64,000 nt of DNA from Leptogorgia sarmentosa (lineage: Eukaryota). The position numbers and the translations under genes are program-made. Numbering within the stretch: position 1 is the stretch's first letter; the number at the start of each line of letters is the position of its first letter. The notes under the pieces were generated by a model, which had not been told where the DNA came from, did no database searches, and saw nothing but the letters and a program-made list of their open reading frames with translations. The stretch lies in the NCBI GenBank assembly GCA_964658305.1, contig OZ210885.1, forward strand, positions 15,190,001-15,254,000, written 5' to 3'. Below are positions 52,125-64,000 of this stretch, one piece after another.

Positions 52125-54105
52125 AGACTCAGCCTCAGGTAAATAGTTTTTCTGATTTTATGGACGGCCCATTTAAAGTCTATACTAGGGCAAGGGTGTC
52201 AGCTTTCCAAGGGGGCCAACTGTCTTCTTATTATTCTGAATGGGCAAAACTTACATCCGATACATCTATACTTGAAACGGTCTTAGGTGAGAAGCTAGAC
52301 TTTCTAGATACTCCAAAAGCTTCATTTTACCCACCCAATAGCATATGCAAAGGACATTATTCATTAGCTGATGCAGAAATTCAGAGTTTACTAGAAAAAA
52401 GGGTAATCATAGAGTGTACCCATGAAGAGGGGGAATTTATCTCTCCGGTATTTACTGTGCCTAAAAATGATGGTAATGTCAGATTGATACTTAACCTGAA
52501 GAGGTTAAACCAGTTTATAGCTAACTACCATTTTAAGATGGACAGCATTCAAACCATCATGAAGTTAGTGACTCCAAACTGTTGGATGGCTACACTTGAC
52601 CTAAAGGATGCTTATTACAGTGTCAAGGTAGACTCAGCATACCAAAAATATTTGAAATTCTTTTATAGAGGAAAGTTGTATAAATACTTAGCACTTCCCA
52701 ATGGTTTGGCTATATGCCCTAGAAAGTTTACAAAACTTATGAAACCACCACTGGCTAAGCTTAGAGGAAGGCATCATGTTATTAGTGGGTATATTGATGA
52801 CTTCTATTTGCAGGGCTATACTTATGCCAGTTGTGCTAGGAATGTTCTTGATACTGTTGAAACCTTTGACAGCCTAGGTTTCGTTATTCACCCTGATAAA
52901 TCTGTCACCTCCCCATCGCAAGAGGTTATTATTCTGGGGTTTGTTATTAACTCTGTCACAATGACGATTCGAGTTACCAATGAGAAAAAGGCAAAAATAA
53001 AAACAATTTTGCTTGTGGCTATTTCTAATCCTGTGGATATTCCTATAAGGCAGGTGGCTAAGATTATTGGTTCCCTAGTCTCTTCTTTACCTGTAGTCCA
53101 ATATGGGGCTCTGTATTACAGATACCTCGAAATGGATAAAACAGCAGCTCTTAAAATTGCAAAGGGTAATTTTGATGCCCCAATGACTATCTCTAAGGAG
53201 GGTCTCGAAGAGTTAAGATGGTGGGCTGACCAAATAGATGCAAGCTTTAATTATCTTCAGTTCCCTCCCTTTGATATTATCATATACTCAGATGCGTCCC
53301 CACAAGGATGGGGAGCAGTACTAGGAGGTACATCTTCAGGGGGGAGATGGTCACCTATTGAAAGCACTAAGCACATCAATTATCTTGAACTTTTGGCTGC
53401 TTTGTTTGCCCTCAGATTGTTTCGCAGTACCATTCAGGGAAAGCATGTCAAACTCATGATAGATAATACCACAGCGGTAGCAGTAATTAACAACATGGGA
53501 ACTTGCCATAGTCGTGATTGTCACTTAGTTGGTCGCCAAATCTGGCAATTTTGTGTCAACAATAGCATTTGGCTTACTGCCGCTCACATCCCTGGTTCTC
53601 AAAATGTCTTAGCGGACAGTGAATCACGCCATTTTCTAAATCAGGATAAAGAATGGAAACTCGATTCGTTATCATTACATAATGCGCTTGACACTTTGAA
53701 ATTCCAACCTGAGATAGATCTCTTCGCATCACGCTTAAATAAACAGTTTGCCCTGTATTGTTCTTATAGGCCAGATCCTGAAGCAACATTTGTTGATGCT
53801 TTTTCAATCTCATGGGCTGACTTAAAGTTTTATTGTTTTCCCCCGTTTAGTTGTTGTTACAGGCCGTGCAGAAAATAATTCAGGAGCAGGCCCGGGGAAT
53901 TTTAGTTGTGCCAGACTGGCCCACCCAGCCTTGGTATCCTCTGTTGGCCTTGCTGCACGTTCAACCCCCAGTGGTCTTACCTCCCAGTCACACACTGTTG
54001 AGCCTTCGTCACTCTCCGGAAACAGTTCACCCGCTCTGCAGCAAGTTGAAACTTTTGGTATGTCATGTCTCAGGCAACAACTACAACGCCGTGGTTACTC
54101 GTTAA
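52007..54105 (+). pseudogene. DIRS pol (RT, RNase H, methyltransferase-like), one frameshift near 53850
   Basis: DLKDAYY, LPNGL, YIDD, SDASPQGWG, HINYLEL, IDLFASRLN, FPPF, VPDWPTQPWY. Confidence 0.92.
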
Positions 54106-55055
54106 GATCTATCGAAATCATCGAATCCTCATGGCGGGATAGCACAAGATCTCAATATCAAGTGCATTTCCAAAAATGGTTACAATTTTGTATGACGAGA
54201 GACTGTGATATCATTTCCCCTCCATTACCACGGGCGTTAGATTTTCTGTCATTCTTGTTCGACTCGGGTTTATCGTATAGCTCAATCAACTCGGCAAGGT
54301 GTGCCTTATCTACGATTCTTCAGTTAAGTGATAGTGAAGTAACTTTTGGACAGCTACCGATTGTCAAGCGTTTTATGAAAGGTATATTCGAACTGCGTCC
54401 GGCTCTCCCGCGCTACCAGACAACCTGGGATGTCGGCAAAGTATTGGATTTTTTCCGAACGCAGCCTCAGCCTTCCGCGTTAGTTTTAAAAGATCTTACT
54501 GTCAAAGTTACCTTTTTACTGGCTTTACTAAGCGGACAGCGTTGTCAAACGATTCATCTACTTACTATTGATAATATGGTTCTCGGTGCTGATAAGTGTA
54601 CCTTTTACGTCATGGAGAAGGTAAAATAGACTCGCGTCGGAACCCATGTAAAACCCCTTGAGTTTTTGAAGTATTCATCAGAGCCTCAGCTTTGCGTCGT
54701 TACTCACCTCTTAGAGTACGTCAAGAGAACTGCCTGTCATAGACACGATCGAAAGCAGTTGCTACTTAGTTACGTAAAGCCGTATGGACCAGTTTCAAAA
54801 GATACCATCTCTCGGTGGATCAAATCCGTTTTGTCATCGGCGGGTTTGGACGTTGCAAAGTTTAAAAGTCACAGCGTTCGCGCAGCATCGACATCCTTTT
54901 TAGCGGGCAATAATTGTAGAATTACTGATATCATGTTATCAGCAGGTTGGTCAAATGAGCAGACATTTCAGCGGTTTTATAATAAGCCGAGCGAAGAAAC
55001 ATTCAATTTTGGCGCCTCTGTCCTACAGTGCTATACAAACACTAGTAGTTCGTAG
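54060..55055 (+). pseudogene. DIRS tyrosine recombinase with one in-frame TAG (54627-54629)
   Basis: LLSGQRCQ, DTISRWIK, SHSVRAAST, AGWS..TFQRFY. Confidence 0.92.
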
Positions 55056-57019
55056 AATTTATATGTTAGAGACATTTAGTTGTTTCATGTTAAATGTTTG
55101 TTGGTTTTGATGTCAAATATATGCCTCAACGGGGTTTTTTATTCGCACTTTTATTCTCGTTCATATCCTTGGGGCAAAGCCGCCCATGATTGCTCTAAAA
55201 TCTCGTACAACGTCACACGACATAGGCTGGTGACGAAATAGAATTAAAAATTAAACGAGACTTACCTGGAAGTTGAAGTTTGATTTAGATTCTATGAGTC
55301 ACCAGCCGGGAGTGTGGCAGTTGTACGCCCTCCCAAGATATCTCCCCTTCCCTTCTTTTAAGAAATTCAAATTGGTACACTCCCACACTCATCATTGGGG
55401 GCTTTGCCCGGTGGCTCTAAAGACTGATTGGCGCATGCGCTGCACTCTCTCTCGTACAACTGCCACACTCCCGGCTGGTGACTCATAGAATCTAAATCAA
55501 ACTTCAACTTCCAGGTAAGTCTCGTTTAATTTTTAATTATATGTTACATTGTTTATACCAAGAGAAGTGTGTTGTGTAATGTTTTTATAACTAAAAGCAC
55601 ATTTTCAAAGGTGTATATATCTTGTCAGTGATGATTGCATGGGTGGGGAAATCACTACTTACTTTAGTACAAATACAGTATACCCAAGTACCCAACACAT
55701 GTGCATTCATTCGGTAGCTGCAGAGCTTGGTTTATTGTATTATATTATTTATATTAAAAACATCTCTTGAAGAACTTGTAAGGTATGGCAGTATGAAAGT
55801 TTGGAAATATTTTCATGAGCAGTGGAACCAATGGAATGTCTTCATTATTGCTGCTTTCAGATTAATAGCATTCTAATTAATTCATCAAATTCCAGCATCT
55901 TTACTTGCTTTAACTGGTCACTTCCATCTTGCCCAAGTTCAAAATCAGTCAACCAATCTTATATGTAGCAAATGTTTAACATACTGTTTTAACTTCATCA
56001 AACATGGAATCATACATGGCGACTCGGCAATTGATACAATTCTTTGATTAAAGACGGATTACTAAGGAAGCCAGGCAATTTAAAAACGATAAACTTGGAA
56101 TAGTAAAACAGTAACCATCGAAAAGGATCGCAACAATCGCGTTATTTCCAAGAAATATCGAAGTAAACGTCCATTTATTAATTGGACCAGAGATGTCTAC
56201 TTCGCGGCAGTCAAAGTGTGAATGAGGCCGCACGTGTAATTAGGCGCTTATTACCCATGATGCTTTGCAATCTGCTGTCCAACCTCCTCTGAGCCCACCC
56301 CTTCCATTGGCAAAATAGATGGCAGGCTCATTCAACGACAATATGGCAGCGGTTTAAAAAACAAAACATGCGTTCATGGTTAATAAATCAAGAATTTGAG
56401 AAAGAAATCGAGTGTATAATTATGTTGTGACATTTGAATCACAGGAGACAGTGAGACTCATTTACATAGTATTTACGCATATTCCCTTTTTGTTAATGTT
56501 GTGGCTAATCCACCAACAATAGGCAACCTAATTTTGTTATGCATGATGAACACCAAATATTCAATCCGGTATAAATACGGCCAACACCCAGAAATCAAGC
56601 ATGTTAAGTAAAGTAAAAAAACGTTAAAGTTTAAGTTATGAAGTGTTAAGTTCAAGTTTCATGTCAAGCAAACGTTAATTTATGTTTTTATGTTTTTATC
56701 TAATGAATAGCTAACTAATTAGTTAGCTATTTCCAGGTTTATTAGGTGCTCATTTTTGGGTAAAAGGCTGTTAGCAGAATGTATGTATTTGTCTTTTCAG
56801 CGTGAAGTATAAACCGTTTGTTATTGTGAGTGTGGTGCGTGTGATACCTTGTGTAAACCACATTTAGCGGTCAACGAGCTATTTTAAAGGCGTTCTGGGT
56901 CGTCGTCCGTCACGATACTGAAATGAGGCCTGCGAGCGAAAACATTATTGGTCCTTCGATCTGGATTGTAAGGATGCTCTAGACTAGAGGATACGCTGTT
57001 GCCTGATCCCTTTTCCATA

Positions 57020-57946
57020 AAGATTAAAGTTAAAGATTTTAGGAATTACATTACAGGATCTTCCTTCCAAGTGGGACTTGCATTTTGATGAAATGTTGAA
57101 GAAAGCCAGTGCAAGAATGCACATAATGTGTGTCTGCAAATACTATGGCTTCCCAATCAAACAACTGGACATGCTGTTTAACACTTTAATTATGCCTATA
57201 ATCACTTACGGCATAGAACTTTGGGGAGGCGCACACTTCAATAAATACATTAGTCAAATAGACAAATTTATCAATCGCGCTCACAGAAATGGTTACATAT
57301 CGGAAAAATCGAATATTAAGGAGATAAGCATCAAAAGGGACAAGAAACTTTGGTATAAAGTAATACATAATAAAGATAATGCACTACAGGAGCTTTTACC
57401 AGATAAATTAAATAGACACCATAGGCCAAGGGGACACGAGTTTGAACTTCCATTAGTGAGAACAGAGCGATCTAAAAGTTCTTTTGTAAATCGATGTTTG
57501 TTTAACTTTGTTTAACCAATTTTAACCTTTACCTTTTTAACATTATTAATATTTTTATCCATAACTGTATATATCTGGGGCCGGTTGTATGAAGCCCGTT
57601 TAAATCCGTCTCGCCGTCTAAACGGCGGATAAGCTGAAAAATAAAAACAAGTCTATTAATTCATTGAACAACAAAACTGAAAGTTTTCAACATGCACAGA
57701 GCAACTATGACTACCACTACGTATTTAATGCACGAAATTTAAATTCATACGTTTACAAGAATTGTGAGAGTGTTATTAAATTTTGGCTTATCCACCGTTT
57801 AGGCTAAACGGGCTTCGTACAACCGACCCCAGGTTATTACCTTATAGATTTCAATAATTTTATCTTATTATCTTTCAATATATTTTTATAATGTAAACTC
57901 ACAGACGGGTGTTCTCGAGTATGAATAGAGTGTTATTATTATTATT
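57020..57946 (+). mobile_element. 3' fragment of a CR1/L2-group LINE with a (TTA)n tail
   Basis: KILGITLQ..WDLHF..IITYGIELWG..RTERSKSSFV; tail TTATTATTATTATT at about 57932-57946. Confidence 0.75.
57578..57829. mobile_element. PIF/Harbinger-like MITE in the LINE 3' UTR
   Basis: GGGCCGGTTGTATGAAGCCCG / CGGGCTTCGTACAACCGACCC; flanks CTG and CAG; termini resemble the 33473 MITE. Confidence 0.8.
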
Positions 57947-58015
57947 GCAAACACATTAACTGAAATACATAAGCCTTAAAATGTCAATATAACATCATTA
58001 CGGAACTATGTCTAA

Positions 58016-58208
58016 AGGCCCGTTCACACAAGCGATTTTTTGCTGCGATTTTCTCCTTTTGATAGATGTGAACGAGTGGATTAATAAGGAATGTGCTGAG
58101 TGCGTACTTCCTGACCTGAACATTTGTGACTGGTTTACTCGTTTACATCCGTCAAAAGGTGAAAATCGCACTAGAAATTGCAGCGAAATCGCTCGTGTGA
58201 ACTGGTCT
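58016..58208. mobile_element. Harbinger-like MITE
   Basis: AGGCCCGTTCACAC / GTGTGAACTGGTCT; TAA on both flanks. Confidence 0.75.
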
Positions 58209-58339
58209 TAAGACATATTTTGCCTTCAAAATATGTCTTGAAACACAAATGAAACCTAAAATATGAATGTCATTATGGAACTATTTATGGGTAGCATTGT
58301 CTTGAACATTAATGTTAACTGCTCCCTTAGCTTCACTTA

Positions 58340-59620
58340 TGATAAAAGTAAATTAGTGGAGCTTGGTAAGACCAACAGACATGCAATAACTATTGCACTG
58401 ATGTTCTGTGATAAAGTTCTGTATTGCAACTGTTGAAATATTTCCAACACAAAATAACATCTCACTGTCACCACCTTTGTTGAACAGTTGAGAGGTTGCC
58501 TTTTCAGGGTTGTAAAGTGTGTTGTCATTTCTTTGTATATCAAGAACCATTAGTTTCTTTTCAGAGTTTTCATAGGAAAAGTGGGCAAGACATTCTGCTT
58601 TTTTCCTAACATCATCTGCTCCGTCAATACAGGGAATGCCATCATTGTTTATATATTTGATAAAGTTGCCTTCAACATACTTTTCAACTGTGACAACTTC
58701 ATTCCTGTCAGTTACCCCATAATATATTTTTGTGAGGCTTTACATATTGAGTACCAGCTGATTCTGTTAGGGCCTTTTCAAGCTGGCGTGCAAAATTTCT
58801 AGCTAGTGCATGCATTTGCACTGTTTTCTCAAAACTTTGCTTTGATTTTTTTTATTGTTTCCTCTGCAGAAGGCAAGTATTTTTTCAACACCCATGCAGA
58901 ATTCCCATATGGTGTTTGGTTGTTGCCTTGTAAGCTGTACGGAATGCACCTATCCCCAGAGGCTCTTCATCAACAACAAACTCGACTGTAGATGTGATTT
59001 TATTCCAAGACATGACCTCCATATTGAATGAATGTAGGGTGTCGTATTTTTCTTGTCTGGCACTTTGCCCAGTCTCGGCATGTCCAGCACAGACAGACTC
59101 TTGGGGCAACATCGGCTTTTTGTACACAGCGTTTCAGCTGTGGAATGAATTTGGGGGGTCGGGGGTCGTCTTACAGGCTTTTCTTTTACTTCTTGCACCT
59201 CTTCTTCATCTGAGCTGCTGCGGCCCATTTTGCTATATATTTCATTCTCGTCACATTTAATAAAGCGTACATGAATCAACTTATTAACATTAGGCACCTG
59301 TTCTAAAGTTTTACACAAAGGACCTTGTTCTCCTGCTAGTACACCACACTTCAGATTTCTTGATAGACTGGCATCAAAATGCTTTTCACAAGCCAATTTT
59401 ATATTGGCAAATGTCAGGTTTCGTTTGGATCAAAGGCTACAAATTCACAAGCACCGACCTTCGAAAACTTTTGTGCTTTACCCGATACTTCGGCGTTGAG
59501 TCGCTGAACAATTAATTCGGATTTTTTCACTCGTTTACGATCGTTAGAAACACCTTTAATCGTACGCTTTCGTTTCATTTGGTCTTAAAAAGCACGCCAT
59601 GCTTTCCCAGCCATTTTTTT
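58340..59620 (-). pseudogene. Alpha-kinase (eEF2K/TRPM-kinase-like) gene, intronless and heavily frameshifted
   Basis: EPLGIGAFRTAYKA; VLDIQ..TLYNPE..FCVGN..F..EHQCNSYC. Confidence 0.75.
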
Positions 59621-59949
59621 TGGGCAAACAGCGTCGCGTGATATACTTCATGTTATGTAGAATAGAAGTGATCATCTATCAGCAATGCATGCTGCACTAT
59701 GGCAGCTCTGGGCCAAGTTGCAAAATGATTTTGTTTTTCGAAAATTCCTTATGGCAGTTCTGGGCCATATATTTTGTTTTATTTTATTTTATTTTGTATT
59801 TAATTTTAATTTTTTTATTTTTGAATTTATTGTTTTCTTATGAAAAATAAAGAAAAAAAAACACAAGAATTTTTTAATGGCAGTTCTCCATTCATACAAG
59901 TCCTGAGGAATTTGAATGGGAGGCTTCTCAAAGTGCATTTGGAGCGATT

Positions 59950-60150
59950 ATAGAATACGATTTGAGAATAATGCCGTGGTGTAACAAAGCTGAGAATTTA
60001 AAGAAGTCTGGGCAAGGTATATTTTTTCGGTATACGATGATACGAAGCGAGAATAATGACATACTATATAGTAAATCCGAGCAATCTCAAGTTCCTGGGC
60101 AAGGTATATTTTTTCGTGATACGATGATACGAAGTGAGAATAATGACGTA
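59950..60150 (+). repeat. Short tandem duplication (about 87-bp period)
   Basis: CTGGGCAAGGTATATTTTTTCG..TACGATGATACGAAG.GAGAATAATGAC occurs twice. Confidence 0.8.
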
Positions 60151-60175
60151 ATGTAATATAGCCGGGTAATATATA

Positions 60176-60712
60176 CAAGGTGTCTCAAGAAAAAGGTAAT
60201 CGAACTTTGGCATGCCATTGTGCATTAATTACTGGGTGTACGAACGTGATTTTTGCATGGTCATAAAGATCAAGGTCTTAGCAGTTGAATGACATATTTC
60301 CTGTACGATATGGAAGAAAATCAGGCAAATGCGAGCCTGTTGAAAGATCTCGGTGAAAAACGCGTTCTTTAACCTCTGTGCCTAATTAAAGCAGTGCATA
60401 ACAAAAGAAAAATGCAATTCATCACGATGTGTCATGGTAAGAAAGATTTTATCAGGATTATTAATAATTATTAATAATTATGCATAATCAGGTCGATTGT
60501 TGAAGGGAATGTCGTCATCTTCGAGTCCCAGAGTAAGAATAAGTTTAGCTGCAATTCTCAGAGGTGAAAGAATGCGGTTTTCACCGAGATTTTTCAACAC
60601 GCTTGCATTTGCCTGATTTTCTTCCATATCGTACAAGAAATATGTCATTCAACTGCTAATACCTTGATCTTTATGACCAGTGCAAAAATCATGTTCGTAC
60701 ACCCAGCAATTA
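60176..60712. mobile_element. Tc1/mariner-like MITE; right end lost in a (TA)n tract
   Basis: Starts TA|CAAGGTGTCTC; about 60225-60370 is inverted at about 60570-60712; followed by a TA microsatellite. Confidence 0.7.
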
Positions 60713-60834
60713 TATATATATATATATATGTTCGCGTATTAGCCATTATAGGTATAAAAATATACTTTTTATAGAAATTTCAAGTATTTATAAAGTCAAT
60801 ATTAGATAAAAAAAGTCATCCAGCAACTAAAGTT

Positions 60835-61930
60835 CTAATTGTTTGCTGGCGTTAATAAAAGTTGAATATTTGGTGCAACTGTGATATATTCTCGTGAGAA
60901 TAGTGGTTGTTTCTTCTTCACACAGTCTGCCCGGCAATGAAAATAAACATTTCCTAACTTTCCTATTCTCTCTTCACCATCTTCATAGTAAATCTGTCTC
61001 ATTTTCGTGATGATTATCAAGTCATGAGGGATGGGCACAGGCTGATTTGGAAATCGAATTCTCTGCCTGCACCTGTGGCATGTTGTAACACTTAGGTCAT
61101 AGAATTGCAAAAGAGTGATGACTAGTACTAGACCTTGAACAACTATGTTGCAGAGTGTTGTTGCTAACTTGCAGAATAAACTGATCTAACTGAGGCTGTG
61201 CTAGTGTGGGAGGTGTGAAAATATCGATTATTGCATGTCCCACGTTTTTCGAATAGAAAGACTTGCATCGAGACAGCAGAATTTTTATATAAGTCTTAGA
61301 GTGAACTTTTTGACACGAGTTTAGCTTTTTTTAATTCATTCTGGAATTTTTTGCTTGTTAGTGACTGCTTACGGTAATGTTGCAGTATGATGGTTGTCGT
61401 TGCTTTCATCGCTAGAAATGTCACCAACAATTTTATTCGCCCTATGGCTTGATGAAGGATCTAGGTGAACTACGGCTTCGTGTCCCGCATTATTTAAAGA
61501 ACCTGACGCCAGCTCTGCGCAAAATGTTGACACTCGTCAAACTTGCGATGAGTAGTTGGCACGATCACGTTGCTTCTGGCTATGGCTATGTCCCATTTCT
61601 CAAATTTTCGAGTTTAGGATAGCGGATTGAACGTGATCTTCGGCCACCTTCGCTAGCGACTGGTTCCTTGCCCCTCTACTCACTTTTTTGAATGCCCCAC
61701 TTCAGCAAAGTTCACATAGGAGTGTCTGTTTGCTTAAATGCTCGGAAAACATGGTTTTCTCTAGGTTCCCAAAAGGAATGAAACCACGTCTTGACATGCT
61801 TTCGCTTTGACAGCTTTTCATCTACCCACTTGCTTAATTCTGTTTTTGCAACAGCGTAAGCTGTAGGCGTGCTGGCATAAACGATTTTTTTCACAAGCTT
61901 CCTGTACTTATTCTGTGATACTTCACTCCA
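60835..61930 (-). pseudogene. Decayed transposase-like gene (possibly Mutator-like) with a Cys/His C-terminal domain
   Basis: KTWFHSFWEPRENHVFRAFK..MNFAE; CHRCRQRI..HDLII..NVYFHCRADCV. Confidence 0.45.
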
Positions 61931-62549
61931 TGATTTGCTAATAGAGAGTTTGGCAACACAACAGGAGGTAGCGACAGCTAAGATCGAGCTGGGACTAGGG
62001 AGAGAATGCGTTTCGAGAAGCGTCGTGCCGGAAATCTGTTTGGCGGCAAAATTTAAAACCTAACAAAATCAAAATGGATGACGTTCTTGACGGATTGACT
62101 TGATACTGCAAAACAATTCAAACATAGAATTCAATACTAGACAGTCTTGAAGATGTTAAATCATGGTAAGAATAAAACAGATTTATTTAAACATTTTAAC
62201 GTATCATTCGCAGCAGTTAAAATAATAAAATAATAATAAAATAATTTCCAGCAAATCACTTAAGTAATGAAGTGCAAGACACTAGTATTAATTGCATGGA
62301 GAATGGAAAATGCATCCCCAGTCATACTGAGCAGAAAGCTCAAAGAGACAATTATGTTACCCTTGTGCAGCGTGTTCTTGTTGAAAATGTTCCTTCTCTT
62401 GAATTTGGGAAAGATATTAGCCGAATTCATATTAGGGATGGGAAACTCTTAGACGGGAAACCCGTCTGTCAAAACCCTTCTAAATGTGAATTTAGGGACA
62501 GGAAACTCGTCTGTCGAAAGTGGTGCTGTGTTGCCCGAGCAAATAAGGG

Positions 62550-62640
62550 CGGTTCTCGACTGATCACCGAAGTTAAGCCTAGGTGGGAAAAGTTAGTACT
62601 TGGATGGGTGACCACCTGGGAATACTTTGTGTTGTAGACT
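62550..62640 (+). rRNA. 5S rRNA-like copy 1, 5'-truncated
   Basis: CGGTTCTCG..GATCACCGAAGTTAAGC..GTTAGTACTTGGATGGGTGACC.CCTGGGAATAC..GTGTTGTAGAC. Confidence 0.85.
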
Positions 62641-62747
62641 TGCTTCATTTTATTGTATGTGTGTTTGTAAATAGGTTTGCTTTCAATTTCAACTTCAGGG
62701 TTTTGTTATTGTTACACGTTTAAAAAGTGTAACTTCCATCAACAAAT

Positions 62748-63731
62748 GTCTACGACCATACCAGTAGGAAAATACCGGTTCTCGTCTGATCACCGAAGTT
62801 AAGCCTAGGTGGGCAAAGTTAGTACTTGGATGGGTGACCACCTGGGAATACTTTGTGCATAGGCAGCCCAGTGATTTGGGGTTTTATTTATGTTAACTAA
62901 GGTTGAATAGGGCTATTTCATCATTCTTAGTTGTTTATATGCGTGCGCCGACAATACGGTCACTCGCTTATGTAATTAATAGTTATAATAATTGACAAGG
63001 TTGGCAACTAAATTCACATTCATATACACATGCCTACACACAATCGAAAAATACACAAAATACATGCAAAAATGCAATAAAACAATTACAAAATACGAAA
63101 CTAGGATAATTTTTCTACATTATCACCAAGTTTGGTGAACATACGTCGCTTCTAAAGCATTTAAAATACGGAATGTTTTTCATATTTTCTTCAAAATTTT
63201 TGTGAGACCATGCTGGATGCCAGGTCTGCGATATTCAGATGACGAATTCGCAATCTCATTGGCTGCTCAGGAAAAACAAACGTGAATCTTCAACGCATTT
63301 TCCCGAGCAGCCAATGAGATTGCAAATTCATCATCTGAATATCGCAGACCTGGCATCCAGCATGGTCTCACAAAAATTTTGAAGAAAATATGAAAAACAT
63401 TCCGTATTTTAAATGCTTTAGAAGCGACGTATGTTCACCAAACTTGGCAATAATGTAGAAAAATTATCCTAGTTTCGTATTTTGTAATTGTTTTATTGCA
63501 TTTTTGGGTGTATTTTGTGTATTTTTCGATTGTGTGTAGGCATGTGTATATGAATGTGAATTTAGTTGCCAACCTTGTCAATTATTATAACTATTAATTA
63601 CATAAGCGAGTGACCGTATTGTCGGCGCACGCATATAAACAACTAAGAATGATGAAATAGCCCTATTCAACCTTAGTTAACATAAATAAAACCCCAAATC
63701 ACTGGGCTGCCTATGCTTTGTGTTGTAGACT
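62748..63731 (+). rRNA. 5S rRNA-like copy 2, full length but split by a MITE
   Basis: Starts GTCTACGACCATACC; A-box and C-box intact; the last 9 nt resume at 63723. Confidence 0.88.
62858..63715. mobile_element. 858-bp near-perfect palindromic MITE with P-like CATAGG ends, inserted in a 5S-like gene
   Basis: CATAGGCAGCCCAGTG / CACTGGGCTGCCTATG; arms about 410 bp; 7-bp TSD CTTTGTG. Confidence 0.93.
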
Positions 63732-63926
63732 TGCTTCATTTTATTGTATGTGTGTTTGTAAATAGGTTTGCTTTCAATGTAAACTTCAGGGATTTTGTTA
63801 TTGCTACATCTGGAAATACTTTCTATTGTTGTTTTGCTAAATTTTATTTAATGCGTAGTGGTAAATATAATTTTCAGGGTTTTGTTATTGTTACACGTTT
63901 AAAAAGTGTAACTTCCATTAACAAAT

Positions 63927-64000
63927 GTCTATGACCATACCAGTAAGAAAATACCGGTTCTCGTCTGATCACTGAAGTTAAGCCTAGGTGGGTAAAGTTA
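63927..64000 (+). rRNA. 5S rRNA-like copy 3, cut by the window edge
   Basis: GTCTATGACCATACCAG..GATCACTGAAGTTAAGCC, preceded by the same spacer. Confidence 0.85.

Larger units (their letters stand above)
50611..55538 (+). mobile_element. Structurally complete DIRS1-type retrotransposon 2
   Basis: Left ITR 50611-50682; internal complementary region 55201-55328 matches both termini joined at AATT; right ITR plus extension 55423-55538; AATT at both ends. Confidence 0.96.

Noticed and set aside
56915..56950. Third hammerhead (CTGAAATGAGGCC..GCGAAAA)
   Set aside because: Core spacing is wrong and stem II does not pair.
62267..62637. 121-aa ORF as a gene
   Set aside because: Runs from a short transposase-like remnant (NYVTLVQRVLVENVPSL) into 5S sequence; too little to classify.

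Overview
Animal genomic DNA: AT-rich, with spliceosomal GT-AG introns. A cnidarian or similar marine invertebrate is my inference from the repeat families. The window is almost entirely nested transposable elements, mostly decayed, and I found no intact host gene. From left to right: (1) an intron-rich Zisupton/HMGXB3-like KDZ transposase gene on the minus strand, with a hammerhead ribozyme in one intron; (2) a DIRS-type tyrosine-recombinase (YR) retrotransposon, split by a hAT transposon (itself carrying a MITE) and by an intron-bearing, split-direct-repeat (Ngaro/PAT-like) YR element; (3) a Penelope element with a 3' hammerhead, split by a Gypsy LTR element; (4) a P-like MITE; (5) an Academ-like XPG remnant containing a BEL integrase fragment; (6) a large Helitron-type gene (2A-like motif, OTU, Rep, PIF1, AP endonuclease) split by two MITEs and a young Gypsy; (7) a structurally complete DIRS1 element with ITRs and ICR; (8) LINE, alpha-kinase and other remnants; (9) a short tandem array of divergent 5S rRNA-like genes, one copy split by an 858-bp palindromic MITE. 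Boundaries and target-site duplications (TSDs) were read by eye. Family names rest on motif recognition, not on database searches.
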